A stretch of DNA of 64,000 bases. Origin: Nymphaea colorata. Its lineage: Eukaryota. The notes under the pieces are model-generated. The model made no database searches. It saw only the letters and a list, made by a program, of their open reading frames with translations, and was not told the origin of the DNA. The position numbers and the translations under genes are program-made. The DNA lies in NCBI RefSeq assembly GCF_008831285.2, contig NC_045138.2:34162001-34226000 (forward strand). Direction: 5' to 3'. How positions within the stretch are numbered: position 1 is the first letter of the stretch; the number at the start of each line of letters is the position of its first letter. Of this stretch, positions 1 to 14,618 are shown in pieces.

Positions 1-1778
1 AATAAAAGGGAACCACCGTATACAACAATCAAGGAGATCGATGATTTGTGTGTTCTCTTCAATAGTTGTAAATTTGTAATGCTTCATGCATGACTTCTCT
101 GCTTGGTTATCAGATCTCCTAGTTGTTCACTTATAACACTTCTCATGTTTGGACATTCATAGTAACAAATATACACGACTTTACAGTGCATACAGTTAGC
201 TGGTATAGCAATGGAGGACAACTGTGGGATGGTAGCAACAGTGAAGTTGATGATCCAAAAGATGATGTTGCAAATAAGTGCAGCCACGACACTAATAGAA
301 AAAGAACAATTATGAGGTTATCAGTTGTAAATATGTAGTTTAGCTATTATTAAGAATCGATTAGTTTAGTAAAATGACTTTTTGTAGCAACATTTTAGTT
401 TGATAAGATAAGAAACAGTATCTATTATCCAGTAATGGCCTTCGTTTATTTACAATGGTTTTTATGTAGTTTTACCAAATATTGTCACCGTTGTGTTAAT
501 TCTTTTTTTCTCACTTGGTGACGTGGAATAATTGCAGGCTCGTTTTATGCTTGGTCTAGAGCACTATTACAATGAAATGAACATGAACTAGGCACTATGG
601 AATTAGAAAAGGTAAAAGTATACTTCTTGAAAGCGGTTGAAAGATTGTTTACTTTTGTCAACACAATTCTTTCTGGAGTTCTACAAAATAATATGGAAGC
701 AAGTCCAATTTTTTTTTTTTAAATCTTGGATAATAGGACGATTAAGTTGAAAATTGCCGTATGACATTTGTTTGGGTTGGTTGCAGCAGGGTGGGTTGAA
801 AAATCGTGTGGCAAATTTTAATGAAAATGAGAACTTTGTCTCGTCTGATGTAGATCTTATCATACCTTCATCTAGAAGGTAATGATTCAGTTCATAGTAT
901 TAGTTGTTTGACAATCTACGGAGTGATTTCTTTTACTTTTTCATTATTCTTCATTCATGCTCTCACATGTTGTTTGTTAATTTATAAAAACTATTATGTT
1001 GTCAATGTCAACAAATTCTAAACTGTATCACGCAGGCAACCATCATGTTCATCTAGGAGGTCTTTTGGTAGCGGTGAATCAAATCACCGGCATATATAGA
1101 ACATTTCAGCTTGCCAATTCCCCACGGCTCACCCGTTGAATAGAATTCCCCACGAGACCTTTCCCGACAGCCCTGAATCCGTTGGCAAATGAATGGCCGA
1201 CGGCTTGTGGGGGGTTTTGCCAACAGTGAGAACCGTTGGCAACTCCCAAGATTGTTTAGTGACGTTTCGATTACAGTGAGGTGCTTTAAATTAAAATAGA
1301 TCGGAGTGGAGGGTTTGCAAAGCTCATTGCTCGATAGAAAAGGTACACTTACATCGGTTAAAGTTCATTTATTAACCAATATACCTATTGATTAATAAAT
1401 GAGCAAAAATTGGGGAATGCTTTTTACCATATTCATCCTCATATGCACACTTTAGGAAATGGCTCATTTATGCATTTAAAGAAAATGATTAACCTCTACT
1501 TTTCAAATGGACAACATGCATGGATAGAGCCCCGAATTTTTCATTATAGAGGCCAAACTATAGTTTGAAAATTTAAATAGGGGTTGAAATATAAATTTTT
1601 ATACAAATTAAAATAAAATTTTAAATGTAGTTTTTTTTCCCGCTTCCTTCATTTGCTAACGGAACTGGGGGAAGGGCCTATCAAATCATCCCTCCCTTTG
1701 CAGCTTGTTGCTGAATTTTGTGATATTCTACGACACCTTGCAACTTTAATCTTGTTTTAATGCATCTTTCATTTGATG

Positions 1779-1824
1779 CTCTCTCTCTCTCACACACACA
1801 CTCACACACACACACACACACACA
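1779..1824. repeat. Compound (CT)n-(CA)n microsatellite
   Basis: Direct reading. Confidence 0.9.
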
Positions 1825-2480
1825 GAAATGGGTGCCTATACTTTTGTCCTTAAGAAGGGCGTTTTCCATCTAGCCGGCACGGTCTTTTCTGGTCCAAAAC
1901 AAATCCTTGACACACATTTATCCTTGTGCAAGACTTTCATGCAAAGAAATATATTTACAATTAATTGACTTATATGTTATAGATAAGAAAATATTGTTTA
2001 TTTAATTAAAAGGCCTTATTTTTTTTCCATTTGTTATAAGATTTTAACAGTGAGTATTCAACTACCAACGAGTTGGTTTACCTCCCAGGGAGGATGCTTT
2101 GGTCTTTTGATGACCAGATTCCACAGTTCTCGCACTCCTAACTATATTAACCTACTAAGATGTCCAACGCTATATGTTTTCAAAAGACAAATGTTTTAAA
2201 ATCTGATGAGAAAATCAGATTTTCCAAGATCACGAAAATCATCGGCATTAATTAGATTGGTTTTTCGGCAACTATAAGCGCCTACACATGTCCACTTGGG
2301 TAACAGTTGAACTTGACTTTTATATCAAACACACAATCTCTTTCACTTTTCCACTTACAAATGAATTTTCCTGCACAAGTCTTCTGCATAACATGACTAA
2401 GTAATTTCCTTTTGTCGCATGACTAAATGGCAGATATTCTTTTTAAAGGACTGCCAGAAACCTGACATCAAGCAGCACCT

Positions 2481-5400
2481 TTACCTTGGAGCAACTTCAG
2501 TATATGTAACCCCGTTCAGTGAAGAAGACTGTGATTTGCTGGAACCATCTTTGATTTTTCTCATAGAAAATGCAGGTATCGTTGGCGTCGGAAGTGCCAA
2601 ACATTCTCCCCCAAGCTTGAGAAGAACAGAAGACATGGTTGGTCTACTTTCGGCATCTTCTTGAACGCATAGCAAGCCTATATGTAGGCATCTTAATATT
2701 TCTCGAGTAGGGCTTCTCTCTCTTAGCAGCGGGTCCACGAATTCCAGTCCCATCCCTCGACTCCACAAACTCCATGCCTATATCCCAGTTTAATTCATCC
2801 AATGCAATTCCGAAGATGTTATTTATAGCTTCGAGTAGGATGAGTGAGAAAGCAAAAATGCTAGCCATTAATCATCAGGAAAAGACCAAAAAATAGCAAC
2901 AGTTTAGACCTTGATATCGTGTCTGCTCACAAGACATTTTTCTGCTGCGTAAACTGAATAGTAGACAATAAACAGTCTAGCAGTTGATTCCATTAATGGC
3001 TAAAAGAACTCCAGCTATTGCCATTCAATCGTCCTGTAACAAGCCAAGAGATGCCACGTTGACCATGGCCCTGTTTTGCTTGCTGCTTTTATTAACTTTT
3101 ACTCAGGTACTCCCGTTCTTCCGGTTAGCTTTAATCTTCTTCATATCAAACAATGCGCAACGCATAGTTTTTTTTTTTTTTTTTTTTTTCAGTTTGAGCC
3201 CTCAAACCGACCATAAGGACGCATGTCAATGACAAGGCTAGATAAGCTGTCTAAAACTAGTTTTCATGATGAAACCAGATGGTTCTTGAAATACAAAGCA
3301 TCTTGCTAATGGGGCAGAAGTTGTCAGCACATGCAAAACCAACACTAGACTCTGCTTCCTCAACGAGTTATTTAGAGAAACAAACAAAGGCTAATACCAC
3401 GTCAAGGTTATCAAACATTGGCACTTCTCCGCCAATGCATTCAATTATAAAATGTGATAACAAATATCTTATGCTTATTTAAAATCGCATATCACAGTAT
3501 TTTGAAAGCCAAATAGGATTTGCTCAAGAATGAAACACATTATAAGGCAAAATAGGTTCTTGTCGAAAAATATTTTGTAATTTAAACATAAGGGTTCATA
3601 TATGCTAGCTAGGAGTTACTGCACAGTATTCCATGACTGAAGCAGGAGATATGAAGCAAGGAATCAATGAGACTTACAAATCCAACGAGACTACGAGCTT
3701 CTTGATGGGCATGGTTAAACTTTCTGTTGAGTTGGCCACTGATGATTTCGAGGAGTAGGATGCCGAAGCTGTAGACATCTGATTTAGTGGAGAACAATCC
3801 ATCCATAGCATACTCCGGAGCCATGTACCCACTGTTTGAGGAACAGTACAAAGGCAGAATAATGTAAGTGTTGACTTGCGGCAAAGTGATTTAAGTAATT
3901 AAAGTAGCCAGATCCGAGCCGATGGTTTGCAATTCAAATAAGGTGCATCGGTTGATAAGAAAAAGGGGACGCCATCTTACTCGAGAAAGGCTCCAACTTA
4001 ATCTGATAAGATTTACCCACTGACTACTAAATAAATGGAAAAGTGGGGTGGGGGGAAGCTTCTTAATATCAACCTTATACGAAAAACGGCCCAAATGTTG
4101 ATGAACTTAAGGACAGCAGAATACATTAGAGTTCCCTCAGAAAAAGATGCATAATTTAATCTTATTGCGGCACAAACTTAAGGAAAATAATTTATCTTAA
4201 CAGAGGGCCAGCATTAACATTACAAATGGAGAGTTTGATCTCATTGCGCCAGAGTCTCCTGTATTAAGTTTGCTCAAAGTAGAAAGCATAGCAACTAGAG
4301 AAACGATTTATTGAATGAAGAAGAAAGTACAAAGGCATCGTCCTCCAATTTGCAAAAAAGAAACTTTCAGCAGCATAAGTTTTTGGCCACAATCAAATGC
4401 ACTTCTAAATTTTGAGAAATGGCCAAACAAACCTAGGAGCTAGAAGAATTGAAAAGGTCTGTGGCAGTGATAAGGTAAAAGTGGTAAAATGGTAGTAATC
4501 CATCTCATGCGAAGTAGGTACATTGATAATTGTTTATTTCCATCAACCGAAGTGAAAAAATATAAGCATCTGAAGGCCTTTATGTCTTCTTCACGTTGCC
4601 CAAAATTTTCATAGGTTTAAAGCAGTAATAACATTTTGTGCTTCCCTCGATCGATAAAGTAAGAAATTCAAACGCTTCAAAGGGTAAGAAGTTCTTATAC
4701 TTACTATGTTCCAACAATTATTTTGGTGTTTGCTTGAGTTTGATTGCCACTGAAGATCCTTGCCATCCCAAAATCTGAAATTTTAGGGTTCATCTGCTCA
4801 TCCAGTAAAACATTGGCTGCTTTGAGGTCGCGGTGGATAATGCTGAGTCGGGAATCATGATGAAGATAAACCATGCCCCTTGCAATCCCCATCGTAATAT
4901 TGAGTCTTGTCTCCCAATCTAACAGTTCTCGCTTTTGTGGATCTGTATGCCACAATAATTAACTTAATTGACCTCCTCTCTTACTCTCTCTCTCTCTTTG
5001 ATATGGCATGCATTACACAATCTTTTTGCAATTACATGTTAGAAGTTTAAAAAATTCTCAAGTACTGTTTCTTTGTCAGTCTGATTTGATACACCTGATC
5101 AACATTTTGCAGAACCCAGAAAAGCATGTTCCCAATTTTTTATTTGAGTGTCAACGCACTGTTTGTTCAGCTACAAAAAGAAAAATGCAATGCTTGGACC
5201 ATTGATCCAAATTCCAAGGACACGACAAACTTACATGCCAATGCTTGCAAGTTGATTCCATTAAAATCTAATTGAATAGCCTCATGACCAGTATGTTTTT
5301 GTCTCTCCTAGCTCCGGAAGACGCCAGCCACGTTTTCCAACACCAACTTGCTGGACCACCTAACTTGGTGTTGCTTCTTCTTCCTCTCTTACATATTAGC

Positions 5401-8400
5401 ACAAGCTTGTGGAAATTTCATAGAACAGTGTCATTCTATAGACACTTCTAGAGCTCAAGAGGACATCTGAGACTTCTTCTTGCAATTTAATTAGTCGGTG
5501 GGTCATGCGGACCTTACCTTGTAATAGAAAAAGAAAAACCTGTAGAAGATCGGTGGAAATTTACTTCTATGAGCGTCCTAATTATGAACCATTAGAGTTG
5601 GGGGTTATGCCCCAGCATTGTTGTATGAAGAAAGTGTATTGGCTTATCATGAACCCTTAGAGTTCGGGGTTTGAGTGAGCTGCTTCGCGAGCTTTGTAAG
5701 AATTTGCTTGTGAGAGTCCTTTGTTGTAAGCGGGTGATCATCTAACTAATAACGTAAGTTTATGGATGTCAAAACATTTCTGTATGCATCTTTCACCCAC
5801 CATAGAAGATAGAGAGAGAGAGAGAGGGAGGGAAAACATAAACACCTAGAAATGATAACATATAAACAGTGTGGAATTTGTACCATTGAGAAAGGTGTCA
5901 AGGCTTTTGTTGGGGAGATACTCATAAATGAGCAGCACTTCCTCCTCCTCCGTGCAACACCCCAAAAGCCTTACCAAGTTCTTGTGTTGAAGATTTCCTA
6001 TCAGTTTAACCTCATTCTTGAACTCCCTTATGCCTTGGCCCGAATATTGGGAAAGCCTCTTGACTGCTATTTCCTGTCCACTGGGGAGAATACCCTGAGA
6101 AGAAAAACTCAAGTATTTCAACCATGTTAGACTACTTTGAACCTAACATTTATTTGGTAATTAGTAATTAAACTATGGACCACTTAATTAAGTACCTTGT
6201 AGACGGGACCAAATCCACCCTGGCCGAGTTTGTTCAACTCTGAAAAGTTATCTGTGGCTGCTTGAACCGTCCTAAGTCTTACCATTGCCACTTCGTAGTT
6301 TGTCCCATGCTGGTAATTCTGCCCGTTTACTTCAAGCAAGGATGTCTCCCTTTCATATCTCACTTTCTCTGTTCATCGTGAAAAATGCTAATTTGTCATT
6401 TCAACGCAAATCGGGGTAAAATGAAAAAAACGAAAGAAAGAAGGAAAGAGTGCGTGAAAGATTGAAAGAAACAAGTAGAAATCAAGATTCTATAAAAAAA
6501 AAAAAAAGTGGTGTATATATATATATATATGAGCTAATTATTGAGACGCTGATCTTGACACTTGAACCTATCTGGGTTTATATTTTACAAATCCACCGGT
6601 AATCAGATCGTTGAGATTTACAAAGTTAGATTGTAGTTTCATTTAAAGTATTGGTGAAACTCAACTGTTTTAAAAGAAGAAGTAAGCAACGGCCATAATA
6701 AACACCATTCGGAAATTTTGGAGACACTCTACGAATGTGCATTTATTGATTTGACTGTCCATGGCGTTCGTTTGATGAGGTTCATGTCTTGGGTAAGTAT
6801 GGGCTTTTGAATAAGGTTGAAGCATTTCAAATCTATGCCTTCAAAAAAGTGAACATTTAATAGTGAACGTGATTAGTTTTCTTAGTGATTTTGATTTCAT
6901 GCATGTAGCTCAGACTTGTATGATCATGGTACGTTTGATATGTACAAATTTGTTGGATCTGGACATAACTCTGCTACCAATTACAAGGAATTTGGACCTG
7001 GATATAGCTCACCTACAAATGACACATGCTGTCCAAATCCAAATTATCAATATTGCATCCGAAGAAAATCCAATAGAGTCCGGCATCCCAAATATTTTTT
7101 TAATAAAAAAATTAATAGAGCTTGCCTAATCAAATCTTGATAACTGATTAACCAAAACCAATTCACTAAGTGAACCAACAATACACAAACACTAAATAAT
7201 GAACAACTAGACTACTAGAGAAATACAATGAAAAATAACAAAGAGCCACGCTAAAAGAGGGTAACTAACTTGTATTCACTTATCTTGAGGGGCGGTGTTG
7301 CGCAATCAACGTGAAAGGGTCCGAATTTTTTTTTTCCATTTTCGTTATTAAATGTTAATAAAAGTATTTCTGGCTGGTGTTGGAACTTAGAATGAGCAAT
7401 AATTCTGTAGGAGGGATCTTAATTTAAAATTATGAGATAAGGTCAGCAAATTGTTTACCCATGTGTTTCCTTGCTCGAACGATCAATAGGATACAAGCTG
7501 CCAACAGACCGCCTCCTATGGTGCTTAGGATCGTCATAATTCTCCAAAAACCTCTTCCACTGTTCCCTGCAATTGATTTTGAAATTACTCCCATAAGGCA
7601 AAGATTAGTGGAAAAACTCGGACTAAAATTTAAAGGTGGGACACATCAAACTGTACTGAAGAGAGGACGGTAGCGTGCACCTGACGGATTATCCAGAGGT
7701 AAATGAGGCAGTGGCCCCGGAGAGATCGGCCCATTAGCCGCCGGGGGCTGCAACAGCGTCGGCTTTGAAAACTTTCCGAAGAATGGGTAGACCTCGTATC
7801 TCAGAACACAACTTCCAGACAAAACTCTAGCCCCCTGTTTATGTATGCAACAAGATAAAATGGAATTTACAGAGTTGTTCAAACACAAACGGCAGGCAGC
7901 AGGCGACAAGTCTCTTGTGCACTGCACCAGCCCATAGACCGTCACGTTGTCTGCGTAGGGAACGGCATCGGTGGCGTAGGACAAGGAAGACTTGTTGGTG
8001 GCAGCCAATCCGGTGAGCTTGCTGATTAAGGATAGCACAATTGATCTGAACTGCGAAGGATTCGAGATGCCTTTGTCGTTCTGCACAGAGTGTCTGGGGA
8101 CATCTGCTACCCCAAAGAAATGTTCACTTGAGTAGCGCAAGAGGCAATTTTCTTGCCAACACATAGCAGTTTTGAAGGTTCTGCACGACCCGGTGATCTG
8201 AGAGGTGGCAACTGCTGCGCAACTGCGGCATTCATCGGCCGAGACATCTGCATGACACTGCACAAGGCCATAGACTTGGTCCGGGCTATTGCCCTCCGTG
8301 GTGTTGTAAAAGAAGCCAGGAAGGGAGGCGGCATTGGCTGCGATAGAGGCCAGGAGGCTTTTGAGGTTTTTCTCGAAGGTGGCTGTGTAGGTGGTTGGGG

Positions 8401-8491
8401 AGCTGGGGCAGGAACAGATGCCCTGGGCGTTGGCAACGTGGAAGAGACGGAAGAGAATTACAAGGAACTTGATGCCTGTAATCTCAACCAT
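2481..8491 (-). CDS. Cysteine-rich receptor-like kinase (CRK-A): signal peptide, 2xDUF26, TM, RD Ser/Thr kinase; ~663 aa, 7 exons
   Basis: Exons 7681-8491, 7459-7566, 6196-6368, 5884-6094, 4705-4942, 3678-3831, 2481-2777; all GT-AG and phase-consistent. Two C-X8-C-X2-C motifs; kinase motifs [35 protein letters not shown]. Confidence 0.93.
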
Positions 8492-8921
8492 CCTATCTAT
8501 AGGTGATGACGGCTAATGTCTTTCTGGTTTTGGATGCCAAAGATGTATGGAAATAAGAGAATGAACTATTGGGCTTCTAAATTAGGTTACGAGAACGAGG
8601 CCAACATCTCTCTTTCTCGCCGAATTTGTAAAATCGGTCACAGATTCTCACCCACTTTTTATCTTCTAATGTATATTTTCATCTGGTCAGCTCTCTCTGT
8701 TATTCGGAGCTCATAAAGAATGATAAAAGGGAGACCACTGAGACTTTCCTTGACTCTCACGATATGAGAAGCAACCAGGCAACTGAAATTATGCTGGAAT
8801 TCATCGATATAACAATATTTTATGCTTTGAATAAAATATGTCTTCATATTCATCGATATAACAATAAAATTTCCAACTGTAGGAAGTTGGGGCATCTCTA
8901 CATACATCTTCTCTGATTTCA

Positions 8922-9247
8922 CATATGCTGCAGCGTTAGCGGTCCAGCAGGATGCGATATTGATCCGAAGCCTTGAGAATATCCATTTTCTAAAAATGGG
9001 GATACGTTACTGCTGAATTTTTTACGATCTACACTAATGGTTTGTCTTAAAAAGTGCAAGTTACATGGATGCATATATCTTTCAAACACCATTTATAAGA
9101 CAGGAACGAAAATATATGGCAGGGTAGAGTTGAATTCCAACCTGGACGTGTTCCTTATGACCCCGGGCAGAAAAAATGGAGAAACTGGATATAGAAGTTT
9201 CGAAGGATCTTCTGCATGGCTGCGTCCACTCGCTTCCTGCCATATAG
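8922..9247. mobile_element. Possible degenerate non-autonomous DNA transposon upstream of CRK-A
   Basis: Ends CATATGCTGCAG ... CTGCCATATAG are weakly inverted; no target-site duplication found. Confidence 0.25.
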
Positions 9248-11465
9248 ATGTAATTGGTTAATATGTGCTTAATAACCACTTTGATGTTGGTTAATGTAAA
9301 GGGCGATTCCACCAGATTATGAACTTTTATCCTTTTTAATTTGGAACTCATTCAGGCTTATTTCCCTAAATTTTCCATTGCTGTTGAACCGAAACAAGTA
9401 AGCGCAAGCTGCAACCTAACCTTAAAACCAACCCAGTTCAAGGGCTTAAACCAAATTAACCTCTTAAGATATGCCATTCAAGTGGGTTATTTTTTTGCTG
9501 CATTAGGATATTACAGATCGTGTGATCTTAACCTAGAGTAGTTTGTTCGGAAACATATATTTAATGGCCCTTATAACAACAAATCTTATGGTATAACTAA
9601 CTTGAGTATGGTTTGCCTTATCTTCCAATGCAACTCCCTGGAGGAAGGGTGGTTTTATCTTAAATTACTAGTCACAAAAAATATCCAGGCCAAGTGCCAA
9701 ACCTGATGCGCAACCTTAATATGGAACATCCAACGCCAACATTCATAGGTGGATGAGTTTTTTATTATTTTTTTTTTTACAAATGGTGTTTTCACTTCCT
9801 TAATATGGGCATCATTTTAAAAACACAATTAAATATTATAAATTCTGTCTTTTTTTTTTCTTTTATGTAGACCAAAAATATGATTTTAGCAATTCCTTCG
9901 TTTTTATCCAAATAAGCCTTATAATCAAACTTTTTTCTTTTCTTTTCATTCCCTTCATTTCCATTTTTTTTCATCTCTTTGTTCCCTTTCCCTCCATCGA
10001 AATAAAATAAAGAGTAACTGTTCATATGCATTGAGTACAGGGTGGTGTGCAGTAGGCGCGCGGTTTAGAAACGAAAGTGATCAATTATTTTAGTGCTCAT
10101 AAGAATATTATAAGTTATCAAGTTGACCTCATTTTTGATCAGGTTGTCTTTCAGTGAGCGCGCATTTGGGGTCAATGGTTATATATATTCTTCGTGGAAG
10201 AAGAAATGCGTCGACGAAAGCAATCTGAATGCGCTGTCAGCCTTGCTTGACAAATGCTTTTCTTGCTCATGAATGCCATGACACGAGAATGGAAGATATA
10301 TAACCTGCAACACTTCTAGAAGATCCAGCAGTCCACCGAGTGACGACGACTTTGCCTTACTGAGATTAGTCGCCCAAGAAAAGATTGGTATGCATTCATT
10401 TATAATGAGTGAGCAGACAACTCAAAGCAAATGTGAAAGGCGTAAATGGTAGTGGTACATTCGGTAGTGGCTCAGCCTCAATTACACTAATTAGAAACTA
10501 AATTATCGGATAGTTGTAGACTATCTTTCTTTTTAATGTTCAGTTTTACAACCAGCAAGATAGTGGCAGAGACAAAAAAAAAAAAGGGCCGAAAGACGTC
10601 GATCGATCTCGAACTTGAACTTGGTAAGATGGGTATGCGGGCACCACCCATGGCCAGATCCTACTTTAACTCAGTGGCCGAGCTACATTGTAGTTGGTGT
10701 GGACAACCCACAAAATTTACTTTATTTACATATAAAAATTTCATTAGTTTTTAGGAACATGGTCAATTCGGATTGCTACAACCTCGAGCTGATGGTTCTA
10801 AATTGCTGGCTATATCTATTTAAATTCAAAGCAATTTTAATCTGCCATTGTTTTTATTATTTATAATGAAAGCGTGCATTTTGTGGATAACGTATGCATA
10901 TTTTTATTTACTTATGTTTATAAAAAATCATTTTTTTCTTGGAAAGAATTTTTTTAATTAATTTTTTTCAAAATTTTAATTTAAAAGTCTATGATTTATG
11001 TTTTTTTGATACAGATCATGTTACACATTTCACAATGTTGGCTAGTACAACAAGGCATTTTAATGAAGGAGCTCCTCCAAGTCGAGAGTTGAAACCGTTT
11101 TCCAACATTAGCTTCAAAACCGTGCACTAATTAGCTTCTTCCTGAATTTTCTGTAACTAAAATTTTGAATTCATTTTCAAGAATGGTACATGACAATTAA
11201 GTGTACAATAACTTGGGTGCCCATGAAATTTAACCATTCGACCGTCTACATTACAAGAGTTATTACTTAAGAAGAAGCAAAAAGTAAAGCCTGTCCAATA
11301 CAAACGCCTTATAAATCTGTCCCATTCAAAATTGGATGACTCTCACATGCAATATTTATTTCTCATATGAGCAATTCTTCCGTTTCAAATGTCTTGTTAA
11401 ACAGATCGCGTAATTTCCTTCACATTAAGCTCATACTCCAATGTGGGATAAAAAGAAACACGTCC

Positions 11466-14400
11466 TTATCGTGCTTCTATGTCGCTCATCGTCACCTCAT
11501 TTTGAGACCTCCCCTCCATTCCAATCATAGGGTACTCCAACTTTCTGCTCACCGTCTCTCTCGGAGAGTATCTCCCCACAAATGCAGGGTCCAAAGGAGA
11601 AGGAATGCTTATGGAGGTGTTACCAAGCATGAAAACCACTTGGGACATTGTTGGCCTATCTTCTGCTTCTTCCTGAACACACAGCAGACCCACATGGATG
11701 CATCTCAGTGCTTCACTTGTTTGGCATGATCCAGCTATCTTTTCTTCAACCAACTCCAGCGCTCTGTCTTCATTCCACAGTCTCCATGTCTGTGATCAAT
11801 ATCCATCAACATACACGTCAATCTCTGCATGAAAACTAAAAATTCTCTTGTCTAGGTGTGTTTATTTGTGATTGCAAAATCTTGACTTACATATCCCACA
11901 AGGTCCAAGTCAAGCTCAGACTGAAAGAAAGAAGCATTCCTTTTACCAGACACAATCTCTAACAGTAAGATTCCGAAGCTGAAAACATCGGATCTAGTGG
12001 AGAACCGACCCTGCATTGCGTACTCTGGTGACATATAGCCACTACAGAAAGAAAATTTAGCAGAAGTTAGGACCTCTTTTTTACTCTCTGTTTTGGTGAG
12101 GAAAATGTGTGTGTACAAAACACAAAAATCTTAGAAGAAAGCGAGAGAACAAAGGGTAACCAGATTGTAAAACTTACAATGTCCCAGCAATTCTGCTAGC
12201 ATCACCTTGTGTTTGGTCCATGCCGAAAAGCTTGGCCATTCCAAAGTCTGAGATCTTGGGATTCATGTCCTGATCTAGCAAGATGTTGCTTGCTTTTAAA
12301 TCTCTATGTATGACCTTGAGCCAGGAGTCTTCATGAAGGTACATAAGCCCCTTTGCAATTCCCATAATGATTTTAAACCGCGTTCCCCAGTCTAATTTCT
12401 CACTTCTTGCCGAATTCCCTTTTCAAATGAAGAACACAGTCAAGCTTTGTGCAGTTGAGAAATGTGTGAGTTTCAGTACCTCATGGGATGTTTGTATGCA
12501 ACAAAACGCCCTAAAATCAGGATAAATTGACTTTCATTTTTTTTTTTTCTAGATAGGTGGAAGCAAGTACTAGTCTCTCGAGCAACAGTTGTTGAAATGA
12601 AAAACAAAGTCGTTCATATGGTTTATAGAGAACTAAAATTGTGGAAATATTTACCAAATAAAAATTTGTCAAGACTGGTATTCGGCACATATTCATATAT
12701 AAGGATCTTCTCTTCTCCTTGCAGACAACAGCCATGAAGCCTAACCAAATTCCTATGCTGAAGTTTGGCAACCAGTTGCACCTCATTCTTAAACTCAGCT
12801 GCTCCCTGCGAAGAATATTTGGAAAGCCTTTTTACCGCAATGATCTCACCTCCTGGTAACTTTCCCTGAAACAACAGTCTACGTCATTAGCCAGATGCAG
12901 AGACACGCACCACAAAACAATGGGAAAAAAAAAAAACTCATCAAGAGACTAATTTCCTGCTAGGTTGGATCAACACATCCTCTCTAGCTACTTTGTGGTT
13001 ACGTAAAATTCAGTAATGGTGTTCTCCTCTTAGTGTCCAAGTTCCGGAAAATTCAGGTTCATAAGGCTTGGTAAGAAGTATGGGAATCGGAAATAGGTCA
13101 GCTTAGGAATTTCTAGGTACATTGGTAGAGATTGCAGAGACAGGTTTACTAGATATTCCAAATTTATGAACTAGTTAATATATGTTGTTGTCTCGTATAT
13201 GAATTAGAGAGAGAGAGAGAGAGAGTACTCCCTAATTATGCGGTCGTAGGTATATCCCACTCCAGATACTCATTTAACCACCCTATTCATCCTCCACTGC
13301 CCACGATGCTTCTCATTGCAGATCATATACCAATCTTACTGATCTATATACTTACTCGGACTACCAACATTTGTGGGTAATTGGAGATGGAATTACCTTG
13401 TAAACAGGGCCGAACCCACCTTCTCCGAGTTTATTTTGCAGGGAGAAGTTGTCAGTGGCAATTCGTATACTGTCTAGATCAAAAAGTAGCGCCTCCACGC
13501 TCTGCAATTCATCTTCACCTGCAATGGAAGTTTCAAGTGGCCATCAGATATATTAATTAGATGCGTCGGTCAAAGAAGCCCGCCTGCCTTTGTTGTACAA
13601 ATGCATGGCCTAGTCACTTGCTTTCCCACCTAAATCTTCAGAAACATTTAATACTGCAGAATCCCAATTGGATTGTTCCACATTAAATGTTTAATGCGTT
13701 TTGACAATTTGAACTGCGATTTCTTGGACAGACGCAGGCCACTCAAAAGTTATGGGGGTTGAACAGATTGGACCACTGTAGATTGGACTACCAGTTCCTG
13801 TCACTAATATCGGATCAGTCTAAAAATATATGGCAAATGAATGGCCATGCCTGTGTCCAAATGGGATCACATAAACTCAACCAGTCCCTTATAAGCCGTA
13901 TATGATAAAATTATTGCAGATACAATCACAGAGGAAACTGAATCTGACGGAAAGTCTAAGTCATCCATCCTTCTGTTTCTGACAGAATGCCTACTTCTAC
14001 CTGCTCCGATACAAAGTCCATATCCGATTGCCAACCTCACTGCAAGTTGGGTTTGGGTCATATGGATTTCATGAAGGCCCTTGCTGCCATAATACAGTAG
14101 TATTGTCCCGGTGCATGCCGTGCACTGTCAAAATCATGATTATTTGGATTTGGACAGAATTTGTTCTCGAGTAAATGCTTCCGCCAAAAGTGGTTGAATG
14201 ACGCTACCCCCCCAATAAATACCTTGCTGCGTCACCGTCCTCTGACATCTAGAATCAGTCATGGTTGAGATTGTAAAAGTTTGGTCTTTATCAGCTAATA
14301 GAATAGCTTGGTGAATCGGATTTGGTACATTCAAAGAAACTTAAAAAACCCTCTGCCTTATTACACATGGACAGTAACATATATGTAGCTATTATATCCA

Positions 14401-14587
14401 ACACATGGACGATATAAACACTTGGGTATACTTAAAATGTTGTTAAAATATGTAGACTAAAGTAAATATGAAAAATTATGCGACTGTTCAGTTAGCTTAG
14501 ACGATTTAGAAGTTACCCACATGTAAAATCATGTCTATAATAACATACACATAAAATGTCGTGAACTCTCAATCAATCAATCAATAT

Positions 14588-14618
<31 letters not shown>

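Noticed and set aside
1..560. Short ORFs at the window start as a gene or transposase tail
   Set aside because: No recognisable motif.
5520..5780. Solo-LTR-like segment in CRK-A intron 4
   Set aside because: No convincing TG...CA ends with a target-site duplication.
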